This document shows positions 1 to 8,939 of a DNA stretch of 64,000 nucleotides, in pieces. Within the stretch, counting starts at the first letter, position 1. Each line of letters opens with the position of its first letter. The translations under genes and the position numbers were made by a program. The DNA is from Patescibacteria group bacterium (GTDB taxonomy: Bacteria > Patescibacteriota > Minisyncoccia > Phycocordibacterales > UBA918), in assembly GCA_019745315.1 (NCBI GenBank), contig JAIETH010000002.1, positions 32,654 through 96,653 of the forward strand. Direction: 5' to 3'. Under the pieces are notes generated by a model. It saw nothing but the letters and a program-made list of their open reading frames with translations. It had not been told where the DNA came from and ran no database searches.

Positions 1-282
1 TAGATGAGTACTTATTGCCTTCTACAGAGGCAGTGTGCGTTGAGGATATTTGAACTTGTGATCACGAGTCGCTAAGCAAAATACTTCGTATTTATGCTAA
101 GCGCTCGCGACCCCGGCTCGATTGTTTTTCTTTCAGAAAAACATATCTCCACATGGCACCAAGGACTCGTCTCTTACAGAGACAGTACCCGTTGAGGATA
201 TTTTTATCGCTAAAGCTCAAAAATATCTCGCAACGGTTTCGACCCCTAGTCGAAAGCAATCCCATTGCTTTCTTGCGCGCAC

Positions 283-310
283 AAAAAAACTGCCGTACGG
301 CAGTTTTTTT
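283..310. terminator. Perfect hairpin aaaaaaactgccGTACggcagttttttt with an A-run and a T-run on either side, so a bidirectional intrinsic terminator.
   Basis: Read directly: 12-bp stem around a GTAC loop, flanked by A7 and T7. It sits inside a larger palindrome built from tRNA-Ile 3'-end fragments. Confidence 0.6.
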
Positions 311-313
311 CTT

Positions 314-341
314 TGGTGCGCGCACTAGGGGTCGAACCTAG
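314..341 (-). repeat. Partial direct copy of the tRNA-Ile 3' end: T-arm, acceptor 3' strand and an encoded CCA.
   Basis: The reverse complement reads CTAGGTTCGACCCCTAGTGCGCGCACCA. It matches the 3' 28 nt of the intact tRNA at 518-590 and adds CCA. Confidence 0.6.
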
Positions 342-517
342 ATCATTACATGATCAGTACAGGTTTCTGATATTTTGATTCGCATAGCTCTCAAAATATC
401 TAGTAACCTTCTCTAACAGTTCACAGAACTATTAGAGCCTTTCGAGTGAGAAAGTGCGGGGCACTTTTGCAAGACTTTCTATGGCAAATTATTCTTTTTA
501 TTTTGTTGTGTACTTTG

Positions 518-590
518 TGCGCGCACTAGGGGTCGAACCTAGGACCTTTCGAGTATCAGTCGAATGCTCTACCAACTGAGCTATGCGCGC
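518..590 (-). tRNA. tRNA-Ile, anticodon GAU.
   Basis: The reverse complement folds as a canonical 73-nt cloverleaf: GCGCGCA acceptor, GCUC/GAGC D-arm, UUCGA/UCGAA anticodon stem with loop CUGAUAC giving anticodon GAU, and T-arm CUAGG-UUCGACC-CCUAG. CCA is not encoded. Confidence 0.85.
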
Positions 591-925
591 ACAAAACCTA
601 CAACTTTAAAATAAAAGGACAATTTGCCTAGAAAGTATACAGCTTCCGTAGGAAGTCAGTCGAATATTCCCCCAACCCTATTGCCGGCCCCCTAGGGCAT
701 CGGCAATTTCCTCCTATGGTCGGAACCGGATTCAAAGCAAAACTGTTTACTTTGAATAGCCAGCGCGCATTTTCGAAATACAATCCTTGAATAAATGGAT
801 GAGTATTGCTTCGAGATAGTATCAAAAATAGTACTTTATCGCAATGAAATTGTGATTTTGTATAGAAATCATAAAGGGCCGAAACGAATGTTCCGGCCCC
901 CTTCCATCTGCTCGCTTGCTGGCCA

Positions 926-1165
926 TCACTTCCTGATCGTATTCCTGAAGCCGATCAGAGCAAGGCCTGCCAGCATCATTCCCCCGATCGTCATGAAGGC
1001 CTGAAGCCCCATATGATCGACATCTCGAAACGCGATCCACATCGCGCCGAAGACCGAGACGAGAAGTCCCACTGCCTTCAGCTTCTGCAGACTCGACAGC
1101 GATCGAGATCTGCGATTGGTGGTACGTATTGCGCCACCAACGAACAACCTATCGGAGTGAATCAT
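926..1165 (-). CDS. Hypothetical small membrane protein of 79 aa. Its GC content is higher than that of its neighbours.
   Basis: ORF with two hydrophobic segments. The upstream sequence reads GAAGGGGG-N11-ATG. Downstream on the minus strand there is a GGCCG...CGGCC hairpin followed by T-rich sequence at about 878-905. The local GC is elevated. Confidence 0.3.
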   Translation of the reverse strand: MIHSDRLFVGGAIRTTNRRSRSLSSLQKLKAVGLLVSVFGAMWIAFRDVDHMGLQAFMTIGGMMLAGLALIGFRNTIRK

Positions 1166-1281
1166 AGTTTTTATGTCCCCCTTCTCTGTTTGAACCTGAA
1201 TATATTATATCACGCACATATATATTGTCAAATACCCCACTGTGTATATCGTTTGCACCTTTGGCTGCGGTATACTGTTTA

Positions 1282-1666
1282 CATGAAAAAATCACACATT
1301 CTTACAACATTCCTAGCCCTCGGACTCCTCTCCGTGCCAGCTCTAAGCCATGCTCAAACAGTGACATTGGCAACATATATTGGTGTAGCAATCAGCTTCA
1401 TCAATGACTATCTCATCCCTCTTATTGCTGCTATTGCATTTCTCTTTTTTATCTGGGGAATGGTCAAGTATTTTATTATCGGGGCAACCAATGAATCGAG
1501 TCGCGAAAGCGGGAGTCGTCTTGCGATATGGGGCATAGCCACTTTTGTCGTTATCGTGAGTGCGTGGGGACTTGTGAATATGCTCATTACAGGATTTGGT
1601 GTAGAAAATCCATCAACTCTTCCCTGTCCTGATTACGGACGCGACCGCAACCCTAATTGTATATAG
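1282..1666 (+). CDS. Small secreted or membrane protein with a signal peptide and two transmembrane helices. It is pilin-like, possibly of the TrbC/VirB2 family that is common in CPR genomes.
   Basis: Translation from the internal ATG at 1282 gives MKKSHILTTFLALGLLSVPALSHAQ, a signal peptide, followed by two hydrophobic helices. The listed ORF from 1013 has an implausible N-terminus. The ORF is followed by an intrinsic terminator. Confidence 0.45.
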
Positions 1667-1683
1667 AGAGACCGTGAGGAAAA

Positions 1684-1717
1684 CAAAAAAACGCGACGTA
1701 TATGTCGCGCTTTTTTG
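1684..1717. terminator. Intrinsic terminator (cgcgac-gtatat-gtcgcg followed by a T-run, with an A-run upstream). It is bidirectional and sits between the plus-strand ORF and the 16S 3' end.
   Basis: Read directly from the sequence. Confidence 0.6.
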
Positions 1718-1926
1718 TTTGTGTAATATAGAAAGAAATTTCATCTGTACACACGTCACTTTTATAGAGAAATACGTATCTTCTTTTGCCTTACCCTTGA
1801 ACCTAGTCTTTCCCAGTGTCGCATAGATTTTGAGACCATACCATGATAAGTCTATTTCGGTGCTCAATTGAGGCACCGAATATCGACCGGTAAGGTAAAG
1901 AGCATGAAAGCTCAGTACCATTTCCG

Positions 1927-3385
1927 ATTGGAATTAATCCACGACCAGCTTCCGCTAGCCGTGCCTTGTTACGACTTAGTCCCTGTCATCGAGTTTACCG
2001 TAAGCCTACACGAGGTAGGATTTCGGGCACTCCCGACTCCCTTGACTTGACGGGCGGTGAGTACAAGGCTCGGGAACGTATTCACCCCGGCGTTGCTGAT
2101 CCGGGATTACTAGCGATTCCGACTTCATGAGGGCGAGTTGCAGCCCTCAATCCGAACTGGGGGTACTTTTATAAGGATTTGCTCCACCTTACGGTATTGC
2201 GTCCTGTTGTGGTACCCATTGTATCACGAGTGCAGCCCAAGGCATCAAGGGACATGCGGACCTGGCGTCATCCTCACCTTCCTCCCCCGTGAGGGGGCAG
2301 TCTCGCCTGACAAATATAACAGGCAACGAGGGTTGCGTTCGTTTCCCCACTTAAGGGAACAACTCAAGCCACGAACTGACGACGGCCATGCATCACCTGC
2401 CATACACCCTCGAAGGCTTCCCCGGTTTCTCGGGGCGTGCAGTATGGTTTCTAGCCTTGGTAAGGTTCCTCGCTTAGCGACGAATTAAGCCTCATGATCC
2501 ACCGCTTGTGCGAGCCCCCGTCTATTCCTTTGAGTTTTAATCTTGCGATCGTACTTCCCAGGCGGCCCGCTTAACGCGTTAGCTTCGCCTCAGAGAGGGT
2601 CGATACTCCCTAAAGCTAGCGGGCAACGTTTAGGGCGTGGACTACCGGGGTATCTAATCCCGTTCGCTACCCACGCTTTCGTGTTTCAGTGTCAGGAATA
2701 CGCCAGTAAAGTGCCTTCGCATTTGGTGTTCCCCATGATATCAACGGATTTCACCCCTACACCATGAGTTCCCTTTACCTCTCGTATCCTCGAGCGTAGC
2801 CGTTTCCTCCGCGATTACCGGGTTAAGCCCGGTGATTTAACGGAAGACTAACTACGCCACCTACACACCCTTTACGCCCAGTAAATCCGGATAATGCTCG
2901 GGGCCTCTGTATTACCGCTCCTGCTGGCACAGAGTTAGGAGCCCCTTATTCATGAGGTAACGTCAAAATTTCCTCCCTCATAAAAGATGTTTACGTCCCT
3001 AAGGACTTCATCCATCACGCGGCGTCGCTCCGTCAGGCTTGCGCCCATTGCGGAAGATTCTCGACTGCAGCCTCCCGTAGGAGTATGGCCCGTGTCGCAG
3101 TGCCATCGGTGGGGGTCAGCCTCTCAGCTCCCCTACGCGTCGTAGCCTTGGTGAGCCATTACCTCACCAACTAGCTGATACGTCGCAGGCTGTTCCCAGA
3201 GCGATAAATCTTTACTCTCTCGAGACCATCACGTATTATCTCGCCTTTCGACGAGTTATTCGTGACTCTGGGGTACATACCTACGTGTTACTACCTCGTC
3301 TGCCATGGGTCTAAACCCATTCGACTTGCATGCCTCATCCACGCCGCCAGCATTCATCCTGAGCTAGGATCAAACTCTAATTTAA
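1927..3385 (-). rRNA. rrs: 16S ribosomal RNA, about 1.46 kb, with no large insertion.
   Basis: On the reverse complement there are universal landmarks: a 5' end ...AGAGTTTGATCCTAGCTCAG at about 3359-3378; a 515F-region variant TTACCGCTCCTGCTGGCAC; a 1492R-region GCCTTGTTACGACTT; and helix 45 with a GGAA tetraloop. The 3' tail reads GGAUUAAUUCCAAU rather than GGAUCACCUCCUUA. Confidence 0.9.
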
Positions 3386-3854
3386 GACGATGGTGCAGCT
3401 TACGCTGCGATCATCGATTTTGTCCAAGGATAAGGCAGAAGAAAATACCTATTATTTTTTCTGCCCTCCTACTTATTTTCTATTGTGTGCTGAATGTATG
3501 TAGGCTCCTGGCTTACATACATTCAATTTCGTGTTGTACATATGAAATTGTATGGAGACCATACAACTCTTGTTCATCAGAATACTAAAAATATACGTGC
3601 ATATGATTAGCACTTTTGACTCCCAAGATCTTTCAAAAAACAATTCCCTGCGCACCCAATCCACTGGTCTTTTTCAAGGCCATTTCGGTATTTGAAGGAA
3701 TGAAAAACGCCTTCAAAAGGCAGTGGAAGCATTATACGGATTTGAGGCGTGCCGTCAAGCAAATGCCCTATGGGGATAGAGGGACGCCTCACCAAGCGGC
3801 CGTATACATAAAAAAGACAAGCATTTCTGCTCGTCTTTGGGGGCTCTCGGGCGA

Positions 3855-4058
3855 CTAGAGGTCAACCCGGAACCGTGGATCGCTGCGCGCATAGAGGTCA
3901 AAAGGATCACCCTTCTCAGGAACCTTCGGCAGCTCCTCCAGAGACAGATCCATGGTCGCCTCGTCTGCTCGAGGTGTTTCTGCCTCGGCCCCCCGCACCT
4001 CTTGTGCGAGCTCGATTTCGAGCGGCGCATTCGCTCGCGGACCCGCAAAACTCGTCAT
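3855..4058 (-). CDS. Hypothetical acidic protein of 67 aa, encoded in a GC-rich patch.
   Basis: The ORF has an AAGGAG Shine-Dalgarno motif 7 nt upstream of its ATG. Local GC is much higher than the flanks. No function was recognised. Confidence 0.3.
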   Translation of the reverse strand: MTSFAGPRANAPLEIELAQEVRGAEAETPRADEATMDLSLEELPKVPEKGDPFDLYARSDPRFRVDL

Positions 4059-4401
4059 AACGGCTCTCCTTATGCCTCGAAGATCACATCCTCGTCGGAA
4101 CGAAAAACATCTTACAGATGCTGTACACCATACCGGGTATTTTGTTTCGGCACTGCCTCACAAAATGCCTGGTATGGTCGATTTTTTTGTTCTAGCATGC
4201 CCCCGGCATACTCGAACAAAAAATCCCCCGCAAGGGGTTCCGCTTCGACGTATGTTTTTGTTTTTAGAAACTTACGCAATCACAGAACCCCTCTCCGGAG
4301 AGAAGTAGCTAAACCATGTAAACACGGTTGTCTGTGATTGCATTCGTTCCATATAAAAAGAATATGTCCTTACCCACATTTGGTCAAGCGCCCTACTGTA
4401 A

Positions 4402-5144
4402 CTATTCTTTTACTATTCGCTCAATAAATTTAGGAATTATTGATGACGCTTCAATAGATGGCTTGGCTATCGATTCGACAGACACACCCTGAGGAAGATA
4501 CCCAGGTGAGTTTTGTAATTTCCATGCAATATCTTTCTGTGTTAATTCAGGATGAAATTGAGTGGTATACACATGATTCCCGTAGCGGAGTGCGCTAAAC
4601 CGACACTGCGCACTCTCTGCAAGTACCACTGCCCCAGGAGGAAGCGCAGAGACACTATCTTTATGCCCATACTGCGCCATAAATATCTCTGGGAGATCTG
4701 AGAAAATAGCGTCGCTTTTTCCTGCATCTGTGAGAGCAACGGGGAATGTCCCTACCTTCTTTTGACTCGCGTCATGCAGAACAGGTACACCAAGAACCTC
4801 AGAGATAATTTGGTGCCCATAGCAAATACCTAAAAGTGGGATATCTTTTTCAAGAATATACAAAATTAAAGGTCGAATGCGCGCAACTATATGAGAAGAA
4901 GTTATGCGCGCTGAGTCATCAACTGACCGACCACCATCAAAGTCAAACTCCCCTGAACCACCCAACATGACAGCATCATATCCCGCGAGCATATGCGGAG
5001 GAGTATTCCATTCCAAACTTTCATTCAAGGACGATATAAAATCAGTGTGCGCCGCAGATCCTATTGCTCGAGTATATTCTCCCTGCTCGGCGTGAAGCAT
5101 TTCCGGTCGCGCACGCGATTGAATAATCAAAATCTTTTTCATAT
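4402..5144 (-). CDS. Class I glutamine amidotransferase-like protein (GATase1 fold).
   Basis: The sequence shows the GICYGHQ nucleophile-elbow cysteine and a downstream HPE. The start was chosen at MKKILIIQ, an internal Met of the listed ORF. Confidence 0.6.
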
Positions 5145-5230
5145 GCAATATCGAAATAGTATCAGGGTTTTGTATAAAATAAAAAAGCCGGCACACAAGG
5201 CACCGACTACTCAACTGAACCTACAGAGGT

Positions 5231-6184
5231 TCAGCCATCAAAAACCAAAGCTCCCACAACGGCATCATTCTGACCGTGAACCAACAGTGATTCCCGCGCC
5301 ATCCACATGCCGCCCATCGGCTCAAACTCGCCGCTTCGCGTGTTCAAACCAAAGAACATCCGATAGATCATGTTGCGCGCCCCGAGAGCATCGCGTCGCG
5401 TCGGCATGATGAGCGGCTGCGCAAATGCCGGACCAGACCGACGAAGACGACTTTCAACCTCCCCTGGCGAAAGGCGCTCATTGCGCTTCACCCCATAGAG
5501 AGGAGCTTCTTTGGCTGCGTCATGGAGATACACGGCAACCATGTTGCATCGAGTGCCCCGCAAGGGACGCAGAACGCACGATCGATCGAGCGGCGGCGAC
5601 ACGTAGCCACCTGCCTGCTCACTCGGATCTGTCAGCCACTCGATGCGACGCCAGAGATTCATCCGCTCTCCGTAATGCTTATCACCCTCGTGCCGCACAG
5701 AGCTGATGGCTCGATGCTCGAGAGGGTGATAGTCACGATCTTCTGGGCGAGAGCGCACCAAGAGCGCGCCCGCATGACGAAATGCCTGCTCGAGAGAAAG
5801 ACCTTCTCCCAATGCCAGCGCATCGTCAGTGATCCTGTGAGGAGAGCTGACCCACCGAAATTCAGGCCACATACCCAGCATCTCGCTGAGCCTGCTTTCG
5901 AATTGTGGCACGAGGACTTTCGCCACCCCAATACCACACGGACGCTCCTCCACCTCAAAGAGATGGAGCTTTTCCTCAGGATCAACCACGCAGTCGAGCC
6001 GAACAATGAGCGAAGGACTGCCGTAGTCTCGACCCACGAGGGTATCACCCTTCGGATAGATACCGCGCCACTCCTTGAGCAGCGCCAGAGCTTGGTCGAT
6101 CGCCCCTGTCGAAAAAACCTCGACATGGTCGGACACGTTGAGCGTCCAACCATTTGGCAAAACTTTCTGTTCGAACGAAGCCAT
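5231..6184 (-). CDS. Hypothetical protein of 317 aa, encoded in a GC-rich island of about 58% GC.
   Basis: Long ORF with a strong AGGAGG Shine-Dalgarno motif 8 nt upstream of its ATG. Its base composition is strikingly different from neighbouring genes. No confident family assignment was possible. Confidence 0.55.
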   Translation of the reverse strand: MASFEQKVLPNGWTLNVSDHVEVFSTGAIDQALALLKEWRGIYPKGDTLVGRDYGSPSLIVRLDCVVDPEEKLHLFEVEERPCGIGVAKVLVPQFESRLSEMLGMWPEFRWVSSPHRITDDALALGEGLSLEQAFRHAGALLVRSRPEDRDYHPLEHRAISSVRHEGDKHYGERMNLWRRIEWLTDPSEQAGGYVSPPLDRSCVLRPLRGTRCNMVAVYLHDAAKEAPLYGVKRNERLSPGEVESRLRRSGPAFAQPLIMPTRRDALGARNMIYRMFFGLNTRSGEFEPMGGMWMARESLLVHGQNDAVVGALVFDG

Positions 6185-6734
6185 TGGCTTTTGCCTCCTA
6201 CATGTGTGACGAACTCAGGAATGTCTCCTAAAAACAAAACGACCCCATGCGGGGCCTTGCTTGTCTCTAGATTCCTGTCGGAACTACGCACTCGCAAGAC
6301 CCCTCTGTTTCCAGAGAAGAATAGCGAGGAGGACGAATCCAATGCGATGTTCCATATTTCTACCTTATCAAACCAAAAGTATGTGTCAAGAAAAATCTTT
6401 ACGTTCCACTGCGCACAAAAAAAAAGACGCATGAGCGTCTCAGGAAAGAACGGATGGCGACGAGTAGGATACACGGAATCGGTGCCAGCCTATCCGCATA
6501 AATAGGAGAGGTGAGCCCCGCAACTTCCACGAAGAGGGCTTTTCTTCCTATGAGGCATAGCCTCATCCGCAGACTATTCAGCACGGCGTGCTATCCGCAC
6601 AGAAGTCATATTTGCGCTTTTCACCAAACCTGGCCGGGAGTGCCCAGCATGCGCAAACCTCGCCGCCACCTCAAATATCATACACGCCCCATACAGATAC
6701 GCAAGAAACGACTCTCTGTGCTACACTATTCCGG

Positions 6735-7424
6735 ATGCATTCTGAAACAGTCATAATCTCAGTCGGCGGTTCTCTTATCGTCCCAGATCAGATCGACACA
6801 GACTTTCTCTCCTCTTTGAAGACTCTTGTTGCCACAGAAATTGCTGCAGGCAAGCATTTTATAATCATCACCGGTGGCGGAAAAACAGCACGGAGATATC
6901 AAGACGCAGCGAGTGGTGTAACGAATCTCTCTTCTGAGGACGTTGACTGGATTGGCATCCACGCAACGCGCCTAAATGGACACCTCCTTCGCACTATTTT
7001 TCGAGACATTGCTCACCCTGTCATGATCACAAATCCTGATGATGTACTTGATATCCCGAAAGATGTTCCTCTGATCATCGCATCAGGATATCGCCCTGGA
7101 TCTTCTACCGACCTACGTGCCATTCAGATAGCCGAGCGACGTGGCGCTACAAAAGTAGTTAATCTTTCAAATATTGACTACGTCTATACTGCAGACCCGC
7201 GCACCAATCCTGATGCACAGAAAATAGAATCTATTTCATGGGCAGATTTTAGAAAACTCATACCGTCGGAATGGGATCCCGGACTCTCTTCCCCATTTGA
7301 TCCTGTTGCCGCCCGCGAAGCTGAGCGACTCGGACTTGAGGTAGCGGTTATAAATGGAGGAAATCTTCAAGAACTCCAGAAATATCTTGAAGGAAATCCT
7401 TTTGTAGGGACAGTTATAAAATAA
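6735..7424 (+). CDS. pyrH: UMP kinase of the archaeal type (amino-acid kinase family).
   Basis: Motifs IISVGGSL, GGGKTARRY and YVYTADPRTNP align with archaeal-type uridylate kinases. The start was chosen at MHSETV, an internal Met of the listed ORF. Confidence 0.7.
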   Translation: MHSETVIISVGGSLIVPDQIDTDFLSSLKTLVATEIAAGKHFIIITGGGKTARRYQDAASGVTNLSSEDVDWIGIHATRLNGHLLRTIFRDIAHPVMITNPDDVLDIPKDVPLIIASGYRPGSSTDLRAIQIAERRGATKVVNLSNIDYVYTADPRTNPDAQKIESISWADFRKLIPSEWDPGLSSPFDPVAAREAERLGLEVAVINGGNLQELQKYLEGNPFVGTVIK

Positions 7425-7455
7425 AAAAGAGACCCTTGCGGGGTCTCTTTTTTAT
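7424..7455. terminator. Bidirectional intrinsic terminator (aaaaaagagaccc-ttgc-gggtctctttttt) between the convergent pyrH and the kinase gene.
   Basis: Read directly from the sequence. Confidence 0.65.
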
Positions 7456-7997
7456 TTTTCCATTTCTTCGAGGACGTGAGCCACGCTTTCCTTCAATTCT
7501 TCGAGAGAACCATTATTTTCAATACGAAAATCTGCTGTCTCCATTACCGCACGTGTATTTTGTTTTGAAGGATCATCTGAGTGAAGTTCTTTTTGCTGCT
7601 GCGCTATAAAATCTTCTTTGGTAACAAAATCTGTCTCACTCATGCGACCTTTGATGCGTTCATATCTAATTTCGGGATCAGCATCAACTGCGAGCACCAC
7701 TCCGCCCCTTTTTCGCAGAGCCTCTACTTCACCAAGTGTATAAATAGATTCAATGATCACATTGTCAGAAGAGGTGTGACGTGCAAGATACGTATCAACA
7801 ACATATGAGACACCGTGCTCTGCTCTGAGTTCATTGGCCAAGGCGCTAATGGAAGCTCGATCAAGTGGACTATTTCGCTCTTTAAGAATCTCTAAAAAAA
7901 GCTCGCGTGCTGAGCAATGGATAAAACCGTGCTCTTTGAGGAGGTCAACGACCGCTCCTTTCCCTGCCCCATGAGTACCTGCAATTCCTATGAGCAT
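7452..7997 (-). CDS. P-loop nucleoside or nucleotide kinase family protein.
   Basis: N-terminal Walker A motif GIAGTHGAGKG and the size and pattern of small NMP or dephospho-CoA-kinase-like proteins. Confidence 0.5.
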   Translation of the reverse strand: MLIGIAGTHGAGKGAVVDLLKEHGFIHCSARELFLEILKERNSPLDRASISALANELRAEHGVSYVVDTYLARHTSSDNVIIESIYTLGEVEALRKRGGVVLAVDADPEIRYERIKGRMSETDFVTKEDFIAQQQKELHSDDPSKQNTRAVMETADFRIENNGSLEELKESVAHVLEEMEK

Positions 7998-8021
7998 AGA
8001 ATAGTAGAGTTAGAAATATAT

Positions 8022-8930
8022 TTATGCTACTTCTTCTCGTTTCTGCCATCGCTCAATCATCACAAGGAGGGGCGCAGCAAGACAGATAGAAGAGTATGTT
8101 CCTGCAATCATACCGACCATGAGGGTAAGAGAGAAATTTTTAGTAGGCTCTGGACCAAGTATGTAGAGCGATACGAGCATGATGATAACAGTGATCGAAG
8201 TATTAAGAGAACGAGTAAGTGTCTGCATAATACTTCGTCCCACAACCTCTCCAAAACCTTCTTTAATATTTTTATCAATATTGATTTTGAGATTTTCTCG
8301 AACGCGGTCAAATACTACAATAGTATCGTTTACCGAAATACCAAGAATAGTAAGAAGTGCCACAATAAAGAGTGAATCTACTTCTGCGCCATACATGTAC
8401 CCAAGGTACGCAAAGAGTCCTGCGGGGATCAAAATATCATGAAGTAGTGTCACGATAATAACGATTCCATACTTCCACGAGGCGACGGGCTTTGAAACAT
8501 GACGAAATGCAAATGCGATAAAAGCAATGATGCTCAAAACTACCAAGGCAATTGCCCACCACGCCTTTTTCAAGAGCTCTGCACCAATTGAAGGACCGAT
8601 GGAGTTAAACTGCACCTCGCTTGCTTTACCGAGCGTCTGGAGAGATGACATAAGCTCAATCTTTTCCTCAGGCAACAGCTCGCGTTGACGCAAGATATAA
8701 TCCTTTTCCCCTGAAGGCTGTACGAGCACTTCACCAAGCTCGAGAGGCCTAACTACCGCATGTACTGCCTCAGCGTCTGGACGCACTTCTTCATATGAAA
8801 CCTGCAATAAGGAACCTCCCTTAAGATCAATACCTGGCTTAAGCCCCCACACAAAAAGAGCAACTAACGACGCCACCGAGAGGAGGACTGGAATTGCAAA
8901 GAAATATTTTTGATATCGAATAAAAAGCAT
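8022..8930 (-). CDS. secF: Protein-export membrane protein SecF.
   Basis: Shows the SecF topology and the LKPGIDLKGGSLL motif, and is adjacent to secD. Confidence 0.8.
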   Translation of the reverse strand: MLFIRYQKYFFAIPVLLSVASLVALFVWGLKPGIDLKGGSLLQVSYEEVRPDAEAVHAVVRPLELGEVLVQPSGEKDYILRQRELLPEEKIELMSSLQTLGKASEVQFNSIGPSIGAELLKKAWWAIALVVLSIIAFIAFAFRHVSKPVASWKYGIVIIVTLLHDILIPAGLFAYLGYMYGAEVDSLFIVALLTILGISVNDTIVVFDRVRENLKINIDKNIKEGFGEVVGRSIMQTLTRSLNTSITVIIMLVSLYILGPEPTKNFSLTLMVGMIAGTYSSICLAAPLLVMIERWQKREEVA

Positions 8931-8939
8931 AGGAAGTGA

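Noticed and set aside
600-830. Structured palindromes (attgccggcccc-ta-gggcatcggcaat; caaagcaaaac...tttactttg) as a possible tRNA-Ala or other RNA gene.
   Set aside because: No cloverleaf could be built. No match to tRNA-Ala acceptor or T-arm sequences on either strand.
1013-1281. Upstream extension of the 1013-1666 ORF (217 aa).
   Set aside because: The N-terminal 90 residues are not protein-like and overlap the minus-strand small ORF. A clean signal peptide begins at the ATG at 1282.
3400-4400. Possible housekeeping ncRNA (tmRNA, SRP RNA, RNase P RNA) in the ORF-poor region upstream of 16S.
   Set aside because: I could not find the diagnostic conserved strings (tmRNA tRNA-like ends, the SRP GGUCCGGAAGGAAGCAGC region, RNase P P4 sequences). 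The hairpins at 3435-3466, 3493-3525 and 4276-4330 more plausibly belong to the rRNA leader or flank a GC-rich inserted ORF.
5522-6505. Plus-strand 327-aa ORF and minus-strand 271-aa ORF (5659-6474) overlapping the GC-rich gene.
   Set aside because: High GC content suppresses stop codons and produces long spurious frames. The 5231-6184 minus frame has the SD, start context and coherent protein-like sequence.
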